Below are positions 17,255 to 26,820 of a stretch of 32,000 nt of DNA, piece by piece (positions within the stretch are counted from its first letter, which is position 1; each line of letters starts with the position of its first letter). The notes beneath the pieces are model-generated. The model was not told where the DNA came from and did no database searches. It saw nothing but the letters and a program-made list of their open reading frames with translations. A program made the translations under genes and the position numbers. Source of the DNA: Promethearchaeota archaeon (GTDB lineage: Archaea > Asgardarchaeota > Hermodarchaeia > Hermodarchaeales > Hermodarchaeaceae); NCBI GenBank assembly GCA_048938295.1, contig JBHLMI010000003.1:91437-123436 (forward strand), in the 5' to 3' direction.

Positions 17255-18211
17255 CTATTTCTTTGCTTTACTCTTTACTTTTGATTTCTTCTTTTCAGGT
17301 GTGACATCAGCTGACTCCGTGGTGATTCGGAAAATGTCAATGAGTTCGCTGACATCAGCTTCTGCGATGGCATCTCGTAGACCATGGGAGTCCTCTTCGC
17401 TTTTCTTGAGAAACTCTGTGGCGAGGACTCGACCGTCTTCAACCAAAATGCGGGGTGTATAGTGGCCTCCGAAGAAAGGGCCATCAGGAAGGGTGCGGGT
17501 TCTTTCAAGTTGAGAAGTTGTCTCGGTTTTTCCTAGGAATGTAACGGTTCGATCAACACTAGTGAATACCTCTTGCCCAATGATTACCAACTCCCGGCAA
17601 TAACCTGGGGGAGGTGAAGTATTGGAAACACGTCCCACAATATCATCTTTGGCAGGAACAGGAATCATGCTTGAAATAACGGGACGTTGTGGCCATTGTT
17701 GCTCTGCGCCATTGTATTCGGTGCCTAATTGCGTCGATGCTACTGGTTCCGGTTTGGTTTCGGGAACTTTTACTGGTGTAGCTTCTACTGGTCGAGGTTT
17801 CGATGCAGTGGCAACCGGTTTGGGTGGAGGCGCATCTGGTTGAATTTCAATCGTTTTATCGGGAAAATCGACTTTGACTTCAACTTCTCTTTTGGGTGCA
17901 GGAGCCTTCGGTTTGATCCCGAGAAGGGAGAGAAAAGCATCGGGTTCTTCGCCCCCATCTATTGATAGGACTTTATATACTAATCCGCATTGGCTGCGAA
18001 CAGCTTGGCCTTGCCGGGCCGCAATGAATTTCTTGCGAACACCAGCTTCAGCGCCTTTCCAGAGCCAGATTTTGCGGTCATCGTTGTCAACTATGATCAA
18101 TACTCGGTCAGCGTTTAATTCTGATTGAAGCTTGTCTGGAACAGATAGCTCCATGAGTTCCCCGGTTTCAACGACATCGTATACTTGTAGGTGGGCGGAC
18201 AGTACCCTCAC
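17255..18211 (-). CDS. Asgard-type single gelsolin-domain protein with a Pro-rich linker and second domain (1DGelX-like)
   Basis: VLIIVDNDDRKIWLWKGAEAGVRKKFIAAR...IDGGEEPDAF is a gelsolin core. A PAPK/PPPKP linker leads to PPGYCRELVIIG...TPRILVEDGRVLATEFLKK. Confidence 0.8.
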   Translation of the reverse strand: MRVLSAHLQVYDVVETGELMELSVPDKLQSELNADRVLIIVDNDDRKIWLWKGAEAGVRKKFIAARQGQAVRSQCGLVYKVLSIDGGEEPDAFLSLLGIKPKAPAPKREVEVKVDFPDKTIEIQPDAPPPKPVATASKPRPVEATPVKVPETKPEPVASTQLGTEYNGAEQQWPQRPVISSMIPVPAKDDIVGRVSNTSPPPGYCRELVIIGQEVFTSVDRTVTFLGKTETTSQLERTRTLPDGPFFGGHYTPRILVEDGRVLATEFLKKSEEDSHGLRDAIAEADVSELIDIFRITTESADVTPEKKKSKVKSKAKK

Positions 18212-18417
18212 CTTCTAACCCTCATCATTGCCTCAATAACTTTTAAAGATGGTGTCCCTTCAAAATGAGCTAAAATCACATTTGCGGATAATTTAGGTTG
18301 CTAATTTCGTAGGGGCACCAATTCCTTCCTATTTTGGATGGTTGTAGCGTTAGATCGCTCAAAGGCTAGGTTTTTGTATGGTTAGATAGCACACCGTCCA
18401 TAGGAGGACCCTGAGCA

Positions 18418-20448
18418 GTGTTTCACACCAAATTTCGCGATGTTATTCTTGAAGAGCTCTCAGGAACCATCGCCAAGGATTATGTCTCGGAGATTATTCG
18501 ATTTCATCGTATCCAAGCATCACCTGGTTTTCACGATGCTATCTATTATGTGAAGAGCATTATTGACCAATTCCCTGGAATCCGCAGCGATGTTGAAGTA
18601 TACCCAGCAGATGGAAAAACAAAAAGCTGGCAATTCGTCGCACCCCTGGGATGGCGTGTAGCAGATGGTGAACTCCATCTGGTGAGCCCAAAGCAAGAAC
18701 TCCTCGCTCGTTTTTCTGAAACCCCAGTCAGTGTTATTGCCCACAGTCAGCCAGTCGACATCGTTGCCCCTCTCATCTACCTTGAAGAAGGCACTGCAGA
18801 GCAACACTATCGACGCATTGATGTCAAAGGCAAAATCGTCCTGACATCAGGCAAGGCGCAGCAAGTCCAACAAGAAGCGGTGATGAAACGAGGAGCGATA
18901 GGGTCAATCCATTTTCCTCCCTTAGAAACACGGACTAAACAACCGAACCTTATCATGTATCAAGGAATATGGCCCAATGCTGCAGAAAAAGACAAGATCG
19001 GATTTGCCTTCTCAGTCTCAGGACAAACAGGTTCCAGACTTCGACGATTGATTCAAACAGAGCCTGAAGTACTCGTTCATGCCAAAGTAGATGCTGAACT
19101 CTTTGAAGGTGAACAGCGTGTTCTCACAGCCGTCATCGAAGGGACAGAATTCCTCCGAGAAGAAATCGCCCTCATTGCTCATCTTTGTCATCCTCGACCT
19201 GGAGCAAATGACAATGCCAGTGGCAGCGCCCTCCTGATAGAGCTTGCCCGTGTTATCAGCACCCTCATCAAGGAAGGAAAGCTTCCGGCACCACTGCGCA
19301 CCATTCGATTCATTTGGGTACCCGAATTTTATGGTACTGCCGCTTACCTAAATGCACACCCAGAATTTGGTCCACGAACAATAAGCGCTATCAACTGTGA
19401 TATGGTGGGTGCCGACCCCTCACTTGTTGGCGGCTCATTAAATTTACACCGAACGCCAGATTCCCTTCCAAGTTTTGTAAATGACCTCCTCGAATATCAT
19501 CTATCAGCTGCAGCTAAAGAACCACGACTGATAGCTCCTAATGGTCAGAATCGACCGTTCCATTATGAAATTAGGAAGTTTGACTGGCGTAGCGACCACT
19601 TCATTTTCGTGGATCCAACTTTCAGTGTTCCTTGCCCTATGCTAAACCATTGGCCTGACGCCTTCTATCATAGTAACCTGGATACGCTGGATAAGATTGA
19701 CACGACCCAGTTGCAACGAGTAGGTTTTGCAGTGATCATGACCATCCTAACCCAAGCCTATGCTGAAGCTGATGATGCCATGTTCTTAGCAACACAAGTC
19801 CATGCCAATGCGCACACACGAATCACGCAGACAACCCAACGATACGTGCATGAAGCAATCGACGCTATCGCGAAAACCGAACGGGGCGCTCTCCTTACCC
19901 GTATTCTACGGAAAGCCATGGAAAGCATTCGGCATATCACTCGAAGAGAAAGCGTCGCCTTGCAAAGTGTCAAAGTCCTCAGCCCCCATGATTCCGAATT
20001 GCACAACTTCATTGATTTGATGTTGGAAGATTTAGTTCAAGAACGCCAAGAAGAGGTGCGCAAGCTGCGTCAAGTTGAAGACCTACTGTCCCGTTCAATT
20101 GGCTATAGCCCTCTTAAGCGATTGGTGATTCGGAAAAAGGAAAGCAAGGCCAAGACCCTTGTACCTCGTCGCAAGTTCCAGGGACCCCTCTATTTTAGAG
20201 AGCTCTTGCGATATACGAAGACCGAGGACACAATGTGGCTTCGGCACCAGCAGGAAGACCACCCTTTCTTTGTGGAAGTCCTGTTGGAACTCACCAACTT
20301 CATGGATGGCCATCGAAACCTCTATGAAATTTTGACCGCCCTTGAAGCAGAGTTTGGTGAAAGGGCAAATATTGACATCCTTGATCGGCTCATCACCATC
20401 CTTCAAGATCTAGATCTGGTCGAGATAGAGAAGGTTAAGTCCATGTAA
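18418..20448 (+). CDS. M28-family metallopeptidase (DUF4910-like) with PA domain and C-terminal extension
   Basis: AHLCHPRPGANDNASG, WVPEFYGT, INCDMVG, SDH and FYHS motifs. SD AGGAGG before the GTG. Confidence 0.88.
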   Translation: MFHTKFRDVILEELSGTIAKDYVSEIIRFHRIQASPGFHDAIYYVKSIIDQFPGIRSDVEVYPADGKTKSWQFVAPLGWRVADGELHLVSPKQELLARFSETPVSVIAHSQPVDIVAPLIYLEEGTAEQHYRRIDVKGKIVLTSGKAQQVQQEAVMKRGAIGSIHFPPLETRTKQPNLIMYQGIWPNAAEKDKIGFAFSVSGQTGSRLRRLIQTEPEVLVHAKVDAELFEGEQRVLTAVIEGTEFLREEIALIAHLCHPRPGANDNASGSALLIELARVISTLIKEGKLPAPLRTIRFIWVPEFYGTAAYLNAHPEFGPRTISAINCDMVGADPSLVGGSLNLHRTPDSLPSFVNDLLEYHLSAAAKEPRLIAPNGQNRPFHYEIRKFDWRSDHFIFVDPTFSVPCPMLNHWPDAFYHSNLDTLDKIDTTQLQRVGFAVIMTILTQAYAEADDAMFLATQVHANAHTRITQTTQRYVHEAIDAIAKTERGALLTRILRKAMESIRHITRRESVALQSVKVLSPHDSELHNFIDLMLEDLVQERQEEVRKLRQVEDLLSRSIGYSPLKRLVIRKKESKAKTLVPRRKFQGPLYFRELLRYTKTEDTMWLRHQQEDHPFFVEVLLELTNFMDGHRNLYEILTALEAEFGERANIDILDRLITILQDLDLVEIEKVKSM

Positions 20449-20463
20449 CGAGTAGTGTCTACC

Positions 20464-20916
20464 ATGAGCCAGGACCAAGCCTTGAATTTGCAGAACCGCC
20501 TTGAAATCGTTGTAGACCAGTTTGCAATGGAAGTGGCAAACATAGAGAAGATTCGAGCTCGAGAAGAATTGATAGCTGTTTTAAATGCCGCAGAACAGCT
20601 CCGGGTCGCCCTTACCCAAGTCAAGGCCTACTTCGTGGAAGTTCGAAACCAACTATCAACTGTCTCCGGAATACCTCCAGCAAAAGAACTCGCACAACTC
20701 GTCATCGGTGCGTCCACAGAGGCCCTCAGCGCAATTCGTGAAACCCTTCACTACCTCGAAGATATCAGAGATAAAATGAAAAGCCCAAGAAAAACTCCTC
20801 TTACCCTGGAAGAAACCAATTACGCCAATTTTGGCGCAACCGTCGCTATTCGTAAATCCCGTTACATCATCAATCGTATCTCGGAGCAGGTCGAGAAGTT
20901 ACCTGAACAAATATAA
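20464..20916 (+). CDS. Hypothetical alpha-helical protein
   Basis: Amphipathic helical 150-aa ORF directly downstream of the peptidase. The track starts at GTG 20455; ATG 20464 is in frame. Confidence 0.7.
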   Translation: MSQDQALNLQNRLEIVVDQFAMEVANIEKIRAREELIAVLNAAEQLRVALTQVKAYFVEVRNQLSTVSGIPPAKELAQLVIGASTEALSAIRETLHYLEDIRDKMKSPRKTPLTLEETNYANFGATVAIRKSRYIINRISEQVEKLPEQI

Positions 20917-20932
20917 CAGGAACAGAGTGCTA

Positions 20933-21217
20933 ATGAAGCTAAACCGACTAGTAATAGTTAGCCTCATCAGTATTGTCCTTACAGCATTCATGATTCTTCT
21001 CTTTTTCATCATCCCAGGATTTCCATTACTTATTTTCCTCTTTTTTCCCCCTCTGTTCTGTTGGGGACTGCAAGGCCAAGAGACAGAATCACCTCCCTCA
21101 ACCTACCCAGTACAACAAGTTCCCCGATATTGTCCGCAATGTGGAAAACAGCTGCTAGAACCTTTCGAAACCTATTGTCCCAGATGTGGAGCCCAGCTAC
21201 CCCACAATGACGAGTAG
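20933..21217 (+). CDS. Small membrane protein with a C-terminal zinc ribbon
   Basis: ATG 20933 (16 bp after the previous stop) gives two TM segments, then CPQCG...YCPRCG. The track's 20831 start overlaps the previous gene. Confidence 0.78.
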   Translation: MKLNRLVIVSLISIVLTAFMILLFFIIPGFPLLIFLFFPPLFCWGLQGQETESPPSTYPVQQVPRYCPQCGKQLLEPFETYCPRCGAQLPHNDE

Positions 21218-21218
21218 C

Positions 21219-22727
21219 CTAACCAGCTTTTATCTTGGACTCCCTATCGTGCTTTTTGCGTTTCCTTTGTTTCAGCCATTTCCATCCATATTTGGAAACA
21301 CCATAGACTAAGAGGAGTAAAAACAGAGCCAGCAGAATGACATGAGTGAAGTATCGGTGGATGGCAAAAATGCTAACACTCGCTAGTCCAACTAGAACGA
21401 ACCACCAAGTAGTAACGTTATTGACATTGCCCAGGCTCAAGTTCTGGAACCGATGAATGATATCCAGCAGCCAAGGAGGGAGAGATGCCATGTATTTCGC
21501 AGCCCGGGATTGCACGGGACAATGTAACTCCTGTACAGGAATTAGTGGGCCTTTGAGAATTGCCCCAAAGAGGATAAGAAAAGGAAGCAAGGCTATGAGA
21601 TAGAATTTGAAGATGCCACGGGCCAAGAAAATGTGTGCACTCAATGAGAGGAGGAGCGCAACCAGGAGAAGCTGCTCACGGTAGGTTGAAAGAGGTTGTT
21701 CAGAAATCATATATGAAATGATCCAGAGAGACATCAATGCAATGATAAAGGGAATCTCGTAGTAAACCAAGTTAAAGATAACGGCTTTGAAAGGTTCCGG
21801 CCAGAAGAAGGCTAACGTTGAAACGGGAATTGGATGCGTCACTGCAGGCAACTCATCATAGAACCAGTAGCCTCCTAACCCAGCCGTGAGTGCCTCAATG
21901 TATGTTGCAGGATAAAGCACAAGATACGGCAAGGAGAGCACGATTCCCACAGCGGCTGTGATCCCAATGGCTATGAGCAGCTGCTGTAACCCTCGTCGAT
22001 ACTCGAGGAACCAAATCACAGGAATCAGCAAACCAGCTGTCTGTTTGACCATGGTGGCCACAGTTACTATCACAAGCGCCCAGCGAAGATTTCCTCGGAT
22101 CATAAAGTAAAAACCTAACACAAGAAAGAAGGTGTGAATTGGTGTGCTCAACCACAGATAATTCCCCCACCATAGGGAAACTGGGTTGAGCGCAAAAACC
22201 AGGAGGGCTACCAGGGGTATAACCCGATTCTCAGTTAGGCGTTTTGCAGTTGCATAAATCACGACACAGGTCGCTAAATCAAAGATAATGAAAGCAAACG
22301 CAACGCGGAGAAAGTCAAGGTCACGGGCAAGTACAGCCGCAGTGAATTGAATATCGGGGAATAGTACTTCAGCTGGAAAGAAGTAGAAGGCACTAAGAAT
22401 GTACACAAACAAAGGAGGATAGATGTAGACCTGAGTCCCTTCGACGGTATAAAGTGCCTCTGTATAGGGGAGGTTCCCCTGGACGAAAGCCCGCACAAAG
22501 TTCATGTAATAGTAGGTAAAATCAGAATATGCTTCAACGACCTCAAAGTCCATGTTGAAATACGGATGGTAACCAGAAATGAGATATTGAGAGGCTGCGA
22601 AGTGGAAAATCCCAAGTTTGAGGACAACGATGGGTATGAAAAAAGCCAAGAACAACCAATCTGGATGCCTCAACCAGTTAAGCAATTTTAGTAGTGGTTC
22701 CCATTGCAATTGCTGTTCAGGTGGCAT
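21219..22727 (-). CDS. Polytopic membrane glycosyltransferase, GT-C fold (GT87/PIG-M-like)
   Basis: EAYSDFTYYY...VQGNLPY...YIYPPLF, then IFDLA, FALNPVSL and VKQ motifs; about 12-13 TM helices. Confidence 0.78.
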   Translation of the reverse strand: MPPEQQLQWEPLLKLLNWLRHPDWLFLAFFIPIVVLKLGIFHFAASQYLISGYHPYFNMDFEVVEAYSDFTYYYMNFVRAFVQGNLPYTEALYTVEGTQVYIYPPLFVYILSAFYFFPAEVLFPDIQFTAAVLARDLDFLRVAFAFIIFDLATCVVIYATAKRLTENRVIPLVALLVFALNPVSLWWGNYLWLSTPIHTFFLVLGFYFMIRGNLRWALVIVTVATMVKQTAGLLIPVIWFLEYRRGLQQLLIAIGITAAVGIVLSLPYLVLYPATYIEALTAGLGGYWFYDELPAVTHPIPVSTLAFFWPEPFKAVIFNLVYYEIPFIIALMSLWIISYMISEQPLSTYREQLLLVALLLSLSAHIFLARGIFKFYLIALLPFLILFGAILKGPLIPVQELHCPVQSRAAKYMASLPPWLLDIIHRFQNLSLGNVNNVTTWWFVLVGLASVSIFAIHRYFTHVILLALFLLLLVYGVSKYGWKWLKQRKRKKHDRESKIKAG

Positions 22728-22862
22728 CCCAATTCATATACCCTGCTCCATTTCTGCTTTTTAGCGTTTCAGCCCCTAATTTGGGGGTAATAATGATTGT
22801 ATCAGTCCTTCTACCATCCGTCAATCTTAATAAGCTTCATCACACAACACAAGGTCACATCA

Positions 22863-24953
22863 ATGATTCGTGATGTTTACGTTCTCCGAAGAACAGGTGA
22901 GGTCCTCGTACACAAGGCCTTCAGTAAACGTGGTGTAGATGAAGCCATTTTCAGTGGATTCTACAGCGCCCTCAGTGCCTTTGCAGAGGAACTTGGACAT
23001 GGAGGAATCGAAACTATCCGAATGGGGGATGTCAGCTTCTATTATGAGCACAGTGACGACATGCTATTTGCCCTCGCCACCGATAAATCCCACAACACCA
23101 AAGATGCTCGCATCATCCTAACCGAAGTGAAACGCCAGTTCGCTGACAAATACGGTGACCGACTCAGCGACTATGATGGCAACCCGGCCCCCTTCCAAAA
23201 ATTCACCAATGAGATCGAAAACATCGTCTCCACAAAGCGGAATGGCGATGGTGAAGACACACTTTTCACACTTCCCTTTGCACTTGATGGGACAAAACTC
23301 AAAGGAAAACAGCTAGCAGAGGCAGATATCGACGGTGAATGCATCCTCGATTCCCGGATAGAGCTGGCAGCCGTCCACCTCCTCCTTGACGACATCCGCC
23401 GAACCAATCCCGGTTATAAATCCCTTAAAGAGGGCTGTTATGAATTCATTACCAAGCTGTTATGGCCCATGTGGGTCGTAAAAGGTCATGATAAGCGACT
23501 TCTCCTAATCGACGGCCTCAAACTCCTGCAACCCCACGTCGAGCGGGGGTTTGTGCCCCCTGCTGCCCGCTATGAGGCATTACTTAACGTCAACGCGTCC
23601 CCCGAATATCTGGCGGTCATGGACAAACTCACTGAAGAAGTCCGCACAGCAGCTCGATCCTCACCCATTGAAACCCACGCCCTTCCCGCAGAGCTAGCCC
23701 GACTTGTTAGAGCCCTATCGCGTATCACCAACGGCGATAACGGCTTCGGCATTCAACTACCCCACCGGTTAAACTACAACCAAGCCAACAAGGAAGCAGA
23801 CCAATTCTTCGCTGAAGCTCTTGACACCCACCACGAAGCTGCCATTCAATGGAACGAGTTTCGCACATTTTTTGACAACGATGTGAAAAAATGGACAGAG
23901 CGCATCCACACTGAGATAACAACACTGGAGGAGCATTATGAAACTCGAAAAACCACCCTGAAACAAGACATCGATAAAGCTCTCACCGATCTGGCTAAAC
24001 AAGAAGAAAAAGAAATGGCAACGGTTGACAAATGGCATCAGGCTGAAGAGAAAAAACTCCTTGCCCCCCTCAAGACCCGACTCGACCCCATTAGTCAAGA
24101 GATCAACAGCCAACAGGCAACGATTACCCAATTTCTTACCAGCAATCCCAACGAAGACCTCCACGCTGACAAGTTCATTACGAAGCTGAATGAGACGCTT
24201 GACCAATTCAACACCTTCGCCAACGAACTACGAAATCAGGCGAAAGAAACCCGTCGACAGATTGAGCAGACAAAACGTGGAATCGATTCCCTGAAACGTG
24301 AAGCTCAGGACCGAAAAAGTAAGGTCAGACTGACCTTTGAAGCCCAAGAAAAAAAGGAGATCAAACGTCTCGACGAACTTGAAGATGAACGCCAGATTCG
24401 TATCCAAGAAACCAAAGACCGCCTTAACCAACTAGAAAGCCACGCCACTGAGATCGATAAACTCATCCAACAACATATTATTCACAGTCAAGAGCAACTT
24501 AACACATTTGAAGAGTACCTCCAAGAAGCGAGTGCACCATTGACCGGAGAGCTAACCACCCCCATTTATCTCCCTGTATATATGGCCGGGTTGAAACGAG
24601 AAGATGAATCAACCCACCTTATTATCATTCCACCCCTCACCATCCCTGCCACTAAAGAAAACGAGACCATGTCCATTGGACAAAAAACGGCTCCCATTGG
24701 CGTGCTCTCACCAGTATTGGTTCAGTATTTGAAAGAACCACTAGAAACCGCTTTAGCAACTGATGACAAATTTGCCAAACAGGTGACCCGCATCTCACCT
24801 CGACAAAACCTACTCCTTGACCCCAAGATCGAAAGTTTGCTTTACTCGGGGCTCCATGCACTGTGGCAATCCAAGCTAATTCCAGAACACACCCATACTC
24901 AGGTAAAGCTAGCCTGTATCGATATTTACCGCAGTACAAATGGCAACACATGA
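22863..24953 (+). CDS. N-terminal longin-domain protein with a long central coiled coil
   Basis: MIRDVYVLRRTGEVLVHKAF...IFSGFYSALSAFAEEL...IETIRMGDVSFYY...LFALATD fits the longin pattern. About 200 aa of heptad-rich helix follow. I prefer ATG 22863 to the track's 22797. Confidence 0.8.
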   Translation: MIRDVYVLRRTGEVLVHKAFSKRGVDEAIFSGFYSALSAFAEELGHGGIETIRMGDVSFYYEHSDDMLFALATDKSHNTKDARIILTEVKRQFADKYGDRLSDYDGNPAPFQKFTNEIENIVSTKRNGDGEDTLFTLPFALDGTKLKGKQLAEADIDGECILDSRIELAAVHLLLDDIRRTNPGYKSLKEGCYEFITKLLWPMWVVKGHDKRLLLIDGLKLLQPHVERGFVPPAARYEALLNVNASPEYLAVMDKLTEEVRTAARSSPIETHALPAELARLVRALSRITNGDNGFGIQLPHRLNYNQANKEADQFFAEALDTHHEAAIQWNEFRTFFDNDVKKWTERIHTEITTLEEHYETRKTTLKQDIDKALTDLAKQEEKEMATVDKWHQAEEKKLLAPLKTRLDPISQEINSQQATITQFLTSNPNEDLHADKFITKLNETLDQFNTFANELRNQAKETRRQIEQTKRGIDSLKREAQDRKSKVRLTFEAQEKKEIKRLDELEDERQIRIQETKDRLNQLESHATEIDKLIQQHIIHSQEQLNTFEEYLQEASAPLTGELTTPIYLPVYMAGLKREDESTHLIIIPPLTIPATKENETMSIGQKTAPIGVLSPVLVQYLKEPLETALATDDKFAKQVTRISPRQNLLLDPKIESLLYSGLHALWQSKLIPEHTHTQVKLACIDIYRSTNGNT

Positions 24954-24968
24954 GAACCTGACTGTTAA

Positions 24969-25576
24969 TTACAGGTTGGGCATAATTTCCTGGGCAATTG
25001 TTTTAATATTATATTTCATCTTTGAAGGGTGTACCAGCTGTAGAGCACGATGAGTGGCTCCTGCTTTAGCATACTCGTTGATACGGGCTAGACAGTCTGA
25101 GGGAGCTCCAAGGATGGCTCGAGACTCATCTAGTGGTTTCCCCCACTTAAGCAACTGCTGCTTAGCCTCTTGCAAAGAGGTCCCAACTTGAAAAAACACT
25201 GGCAATAATTTCCAACTCACTTAGTCGTCACCCCTGGAAATTCATCATTTCATCCAAAAGCCGTAAACGCCGACTAGCCCAGTTATGGAAAGGGCAAACG
25301 GCATCCAACCCTGCCCAAAGGTTACTATCAATTCAAGCACCCGAATCGAACCTCCCCCAATAAGAACGGTGGATGTGGCTGTTGCATAGGTTTGGGTTCA
25401 CAGGTTACATCGTCTACCTGATAGTACGTCCCCTGAAATGTAATCACGTTTTCAGTCCAGTAACTTCGAAGCAGTTGGAGACCTTCTTCGGTCTGTGAAA
25501 GACGCTTCGAATGGGGCAAAAACAGTACATCTATCCAGTCAAATTCCTCCCGATGCCATCCTGCCCCCACACCAAA
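24969..25576 (-). pseudogene. LLM-class flavin/F420-dependent oxidoreductase remnant
   Basis: GVGAGWHREEF...EEGL...TFQGTYY...CEPKPMQQPHPP / LIGGGS...GWMPFA / RLRLLDEMM..QG*RLSELEIIA / ...GAPSDCLARINEYAKAGATH. Frameshifts near 25365, 25272 and 25191-25196; in-frame TGA at 25228-25230; the N-terminal ~100 aa are missing. Confidence 0.82.
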
Positions 25577-25629
25577 TGAACACGGTGCGAAGTTATATCA
25601 GCCTTCTCCCTGAGCCGGCAGAAACCCCG

Positions 25630-26310
25630 TCACTCGGAGTTTTGCAGCTTCTTCCCTTCAGAACCTACACCTCGTCGGGAAGCCAGATGGCGCAGCAAAC
25701 TGACCGTGGTTCGTAATTTCGATGTCTCCTTCAGAATCAGGGTCTCAGCAGCCTCATTATTCGAGACCATATTCGCTCTAGTAAGCACCTTCTGCATCCA
25801 AGCCAGCTGTTCGGTATCAAAGGCCGAGTTAGTAATGGTCTTGGAGGCGACATCGATGGTCATCAGCTGCTTGGTCGAATCAGGAAGCCCAGTATATTCT
25901 TCCTTGGTCACCATATACAAACAGGCCCCGATGTCCACACTATCCGGTAACACCCGATCCATGAAATCACGGATGCCCACCGTAACCACCAAGGACCCAA
26001 TGAGCACAACGGTTTGCTCGCTAACCCCCGCTGTCAACAGCGCAGATAGAACATCAATTCCAAGATTATTGTAAGCAGTCCGCACCGTAAATTTCACAGG
26101 TCGAAAATCCTCGGGAACAGGTTCTTCTTCAGTAGGATAGCCTAAAATGAGGCCGGCACGTGAGAATTCGACCCGGAACTCATGCTCGCAGATTTTTCCA
26201 GCAACAACCCGGCCTGTAATGGTGTTACCTTGAACCTTGTCCCAAGCCCCTTCTGGCACCTCTAGTGTACCTTCTGTGTGGCAAATGGGACAGATGACTT
26301 TTAATTTCAC
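25630..26310 (-). CDS. Hypothetical protein with an N-terminal CxxC...CxH zinc-binding domain
   Basis: CPICHTEG...KICEHEFRV, followed by an alpha/beta region (LSALLTAGVSEQTVVLIGS). Confidence 0.75.
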   Translation of the reverse strand: MKLKVICPICHTEGTLEVPEGAWDKVQGNTITGRVVAGKICEHEFRVEFSRAGLILGYPTEEEPVPEDFRPVKFTVRTAYNNLGIDVLSALLTAGVSEQTVVLIGSLVVTVGIRDFMDRVLPDSVDIGACLYMVTKEEYTGLPDSTKQLMTIDVASKTITNSAFDTEQLAWMQKVLTRANMVSNNEAAETLILKETSKLRTTVSLLRHLASRRGVGSEGKKLQNSE

Positions 26311-26820
26311 AGGTACACACCTTGCAATGACAACCCACTGAGTCCAAGGCTAGGTTCTTGCTCAAATATCCTTCTTTTTCTATAAATAGCTAAGGAATGC
26401 TGATTTTCCTCGGTTGCATCTCACTTAAAGGCTTTTATTACTACGAAAACCTAATTAAATAGCATTATAGTTTAAAATTTTTCCTTTTGATTTCATTAAA
26501 AAACCTCAAGGATCATCGAGCTAAAAACCAAGTTAAAGCCATGAAGTCACCTATCGCTCCGTGCGGCAAACAACCGAAGAGTTGCACCCTGACTGAAGCC
26601 AGAGGGACAGATTTCTGTGATTCTTTACTAGCATTATTGTTTAGATAATAGTACAGCTAAATGTATTTAAGGCGTCTCATCGCCGTCTCAGTAGCGGTTT
26701 GGTTCATTTCCAGACGGAAACCAGGGATACTCAGTGGCATATGATCAGACTATGCAACCCATTTACAACGCTTGAACGCCTTGAAACCGCATACGAACCG
26801 CAACCTCAAGGTCGATATGC

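Noticed and set aside
1979-24951. Numerous 60-130 aa alternative-frame or antisense ORFs inside the long genes (e.g. 2981..3325, 11285..11593, 17076..17462, 23769..24206)
   Set aside because: Nested in or mostly overlapping well-supported CDSs, with no motifs.
22863-24953. SMC/Rad50-like ATPase
   Set aside because: It has a long coiled coil but no Walker A/B or ABC signature motif.
25228-25230. In-frame TGA in the LLM remnant as selenocysteine recoding
   Set aside because: It is accompanied by three frameshifts and a missing N-terminus; a CGA-to-TGA nonsense change is the simpler explanation.
26311-26740. Structured ncRNA or IS remnant in the long intergenic region
   Set aside because: Only short imperfect pairings; no tRNA fold, terminal inverted repeats or transposase-like peptide recognised.
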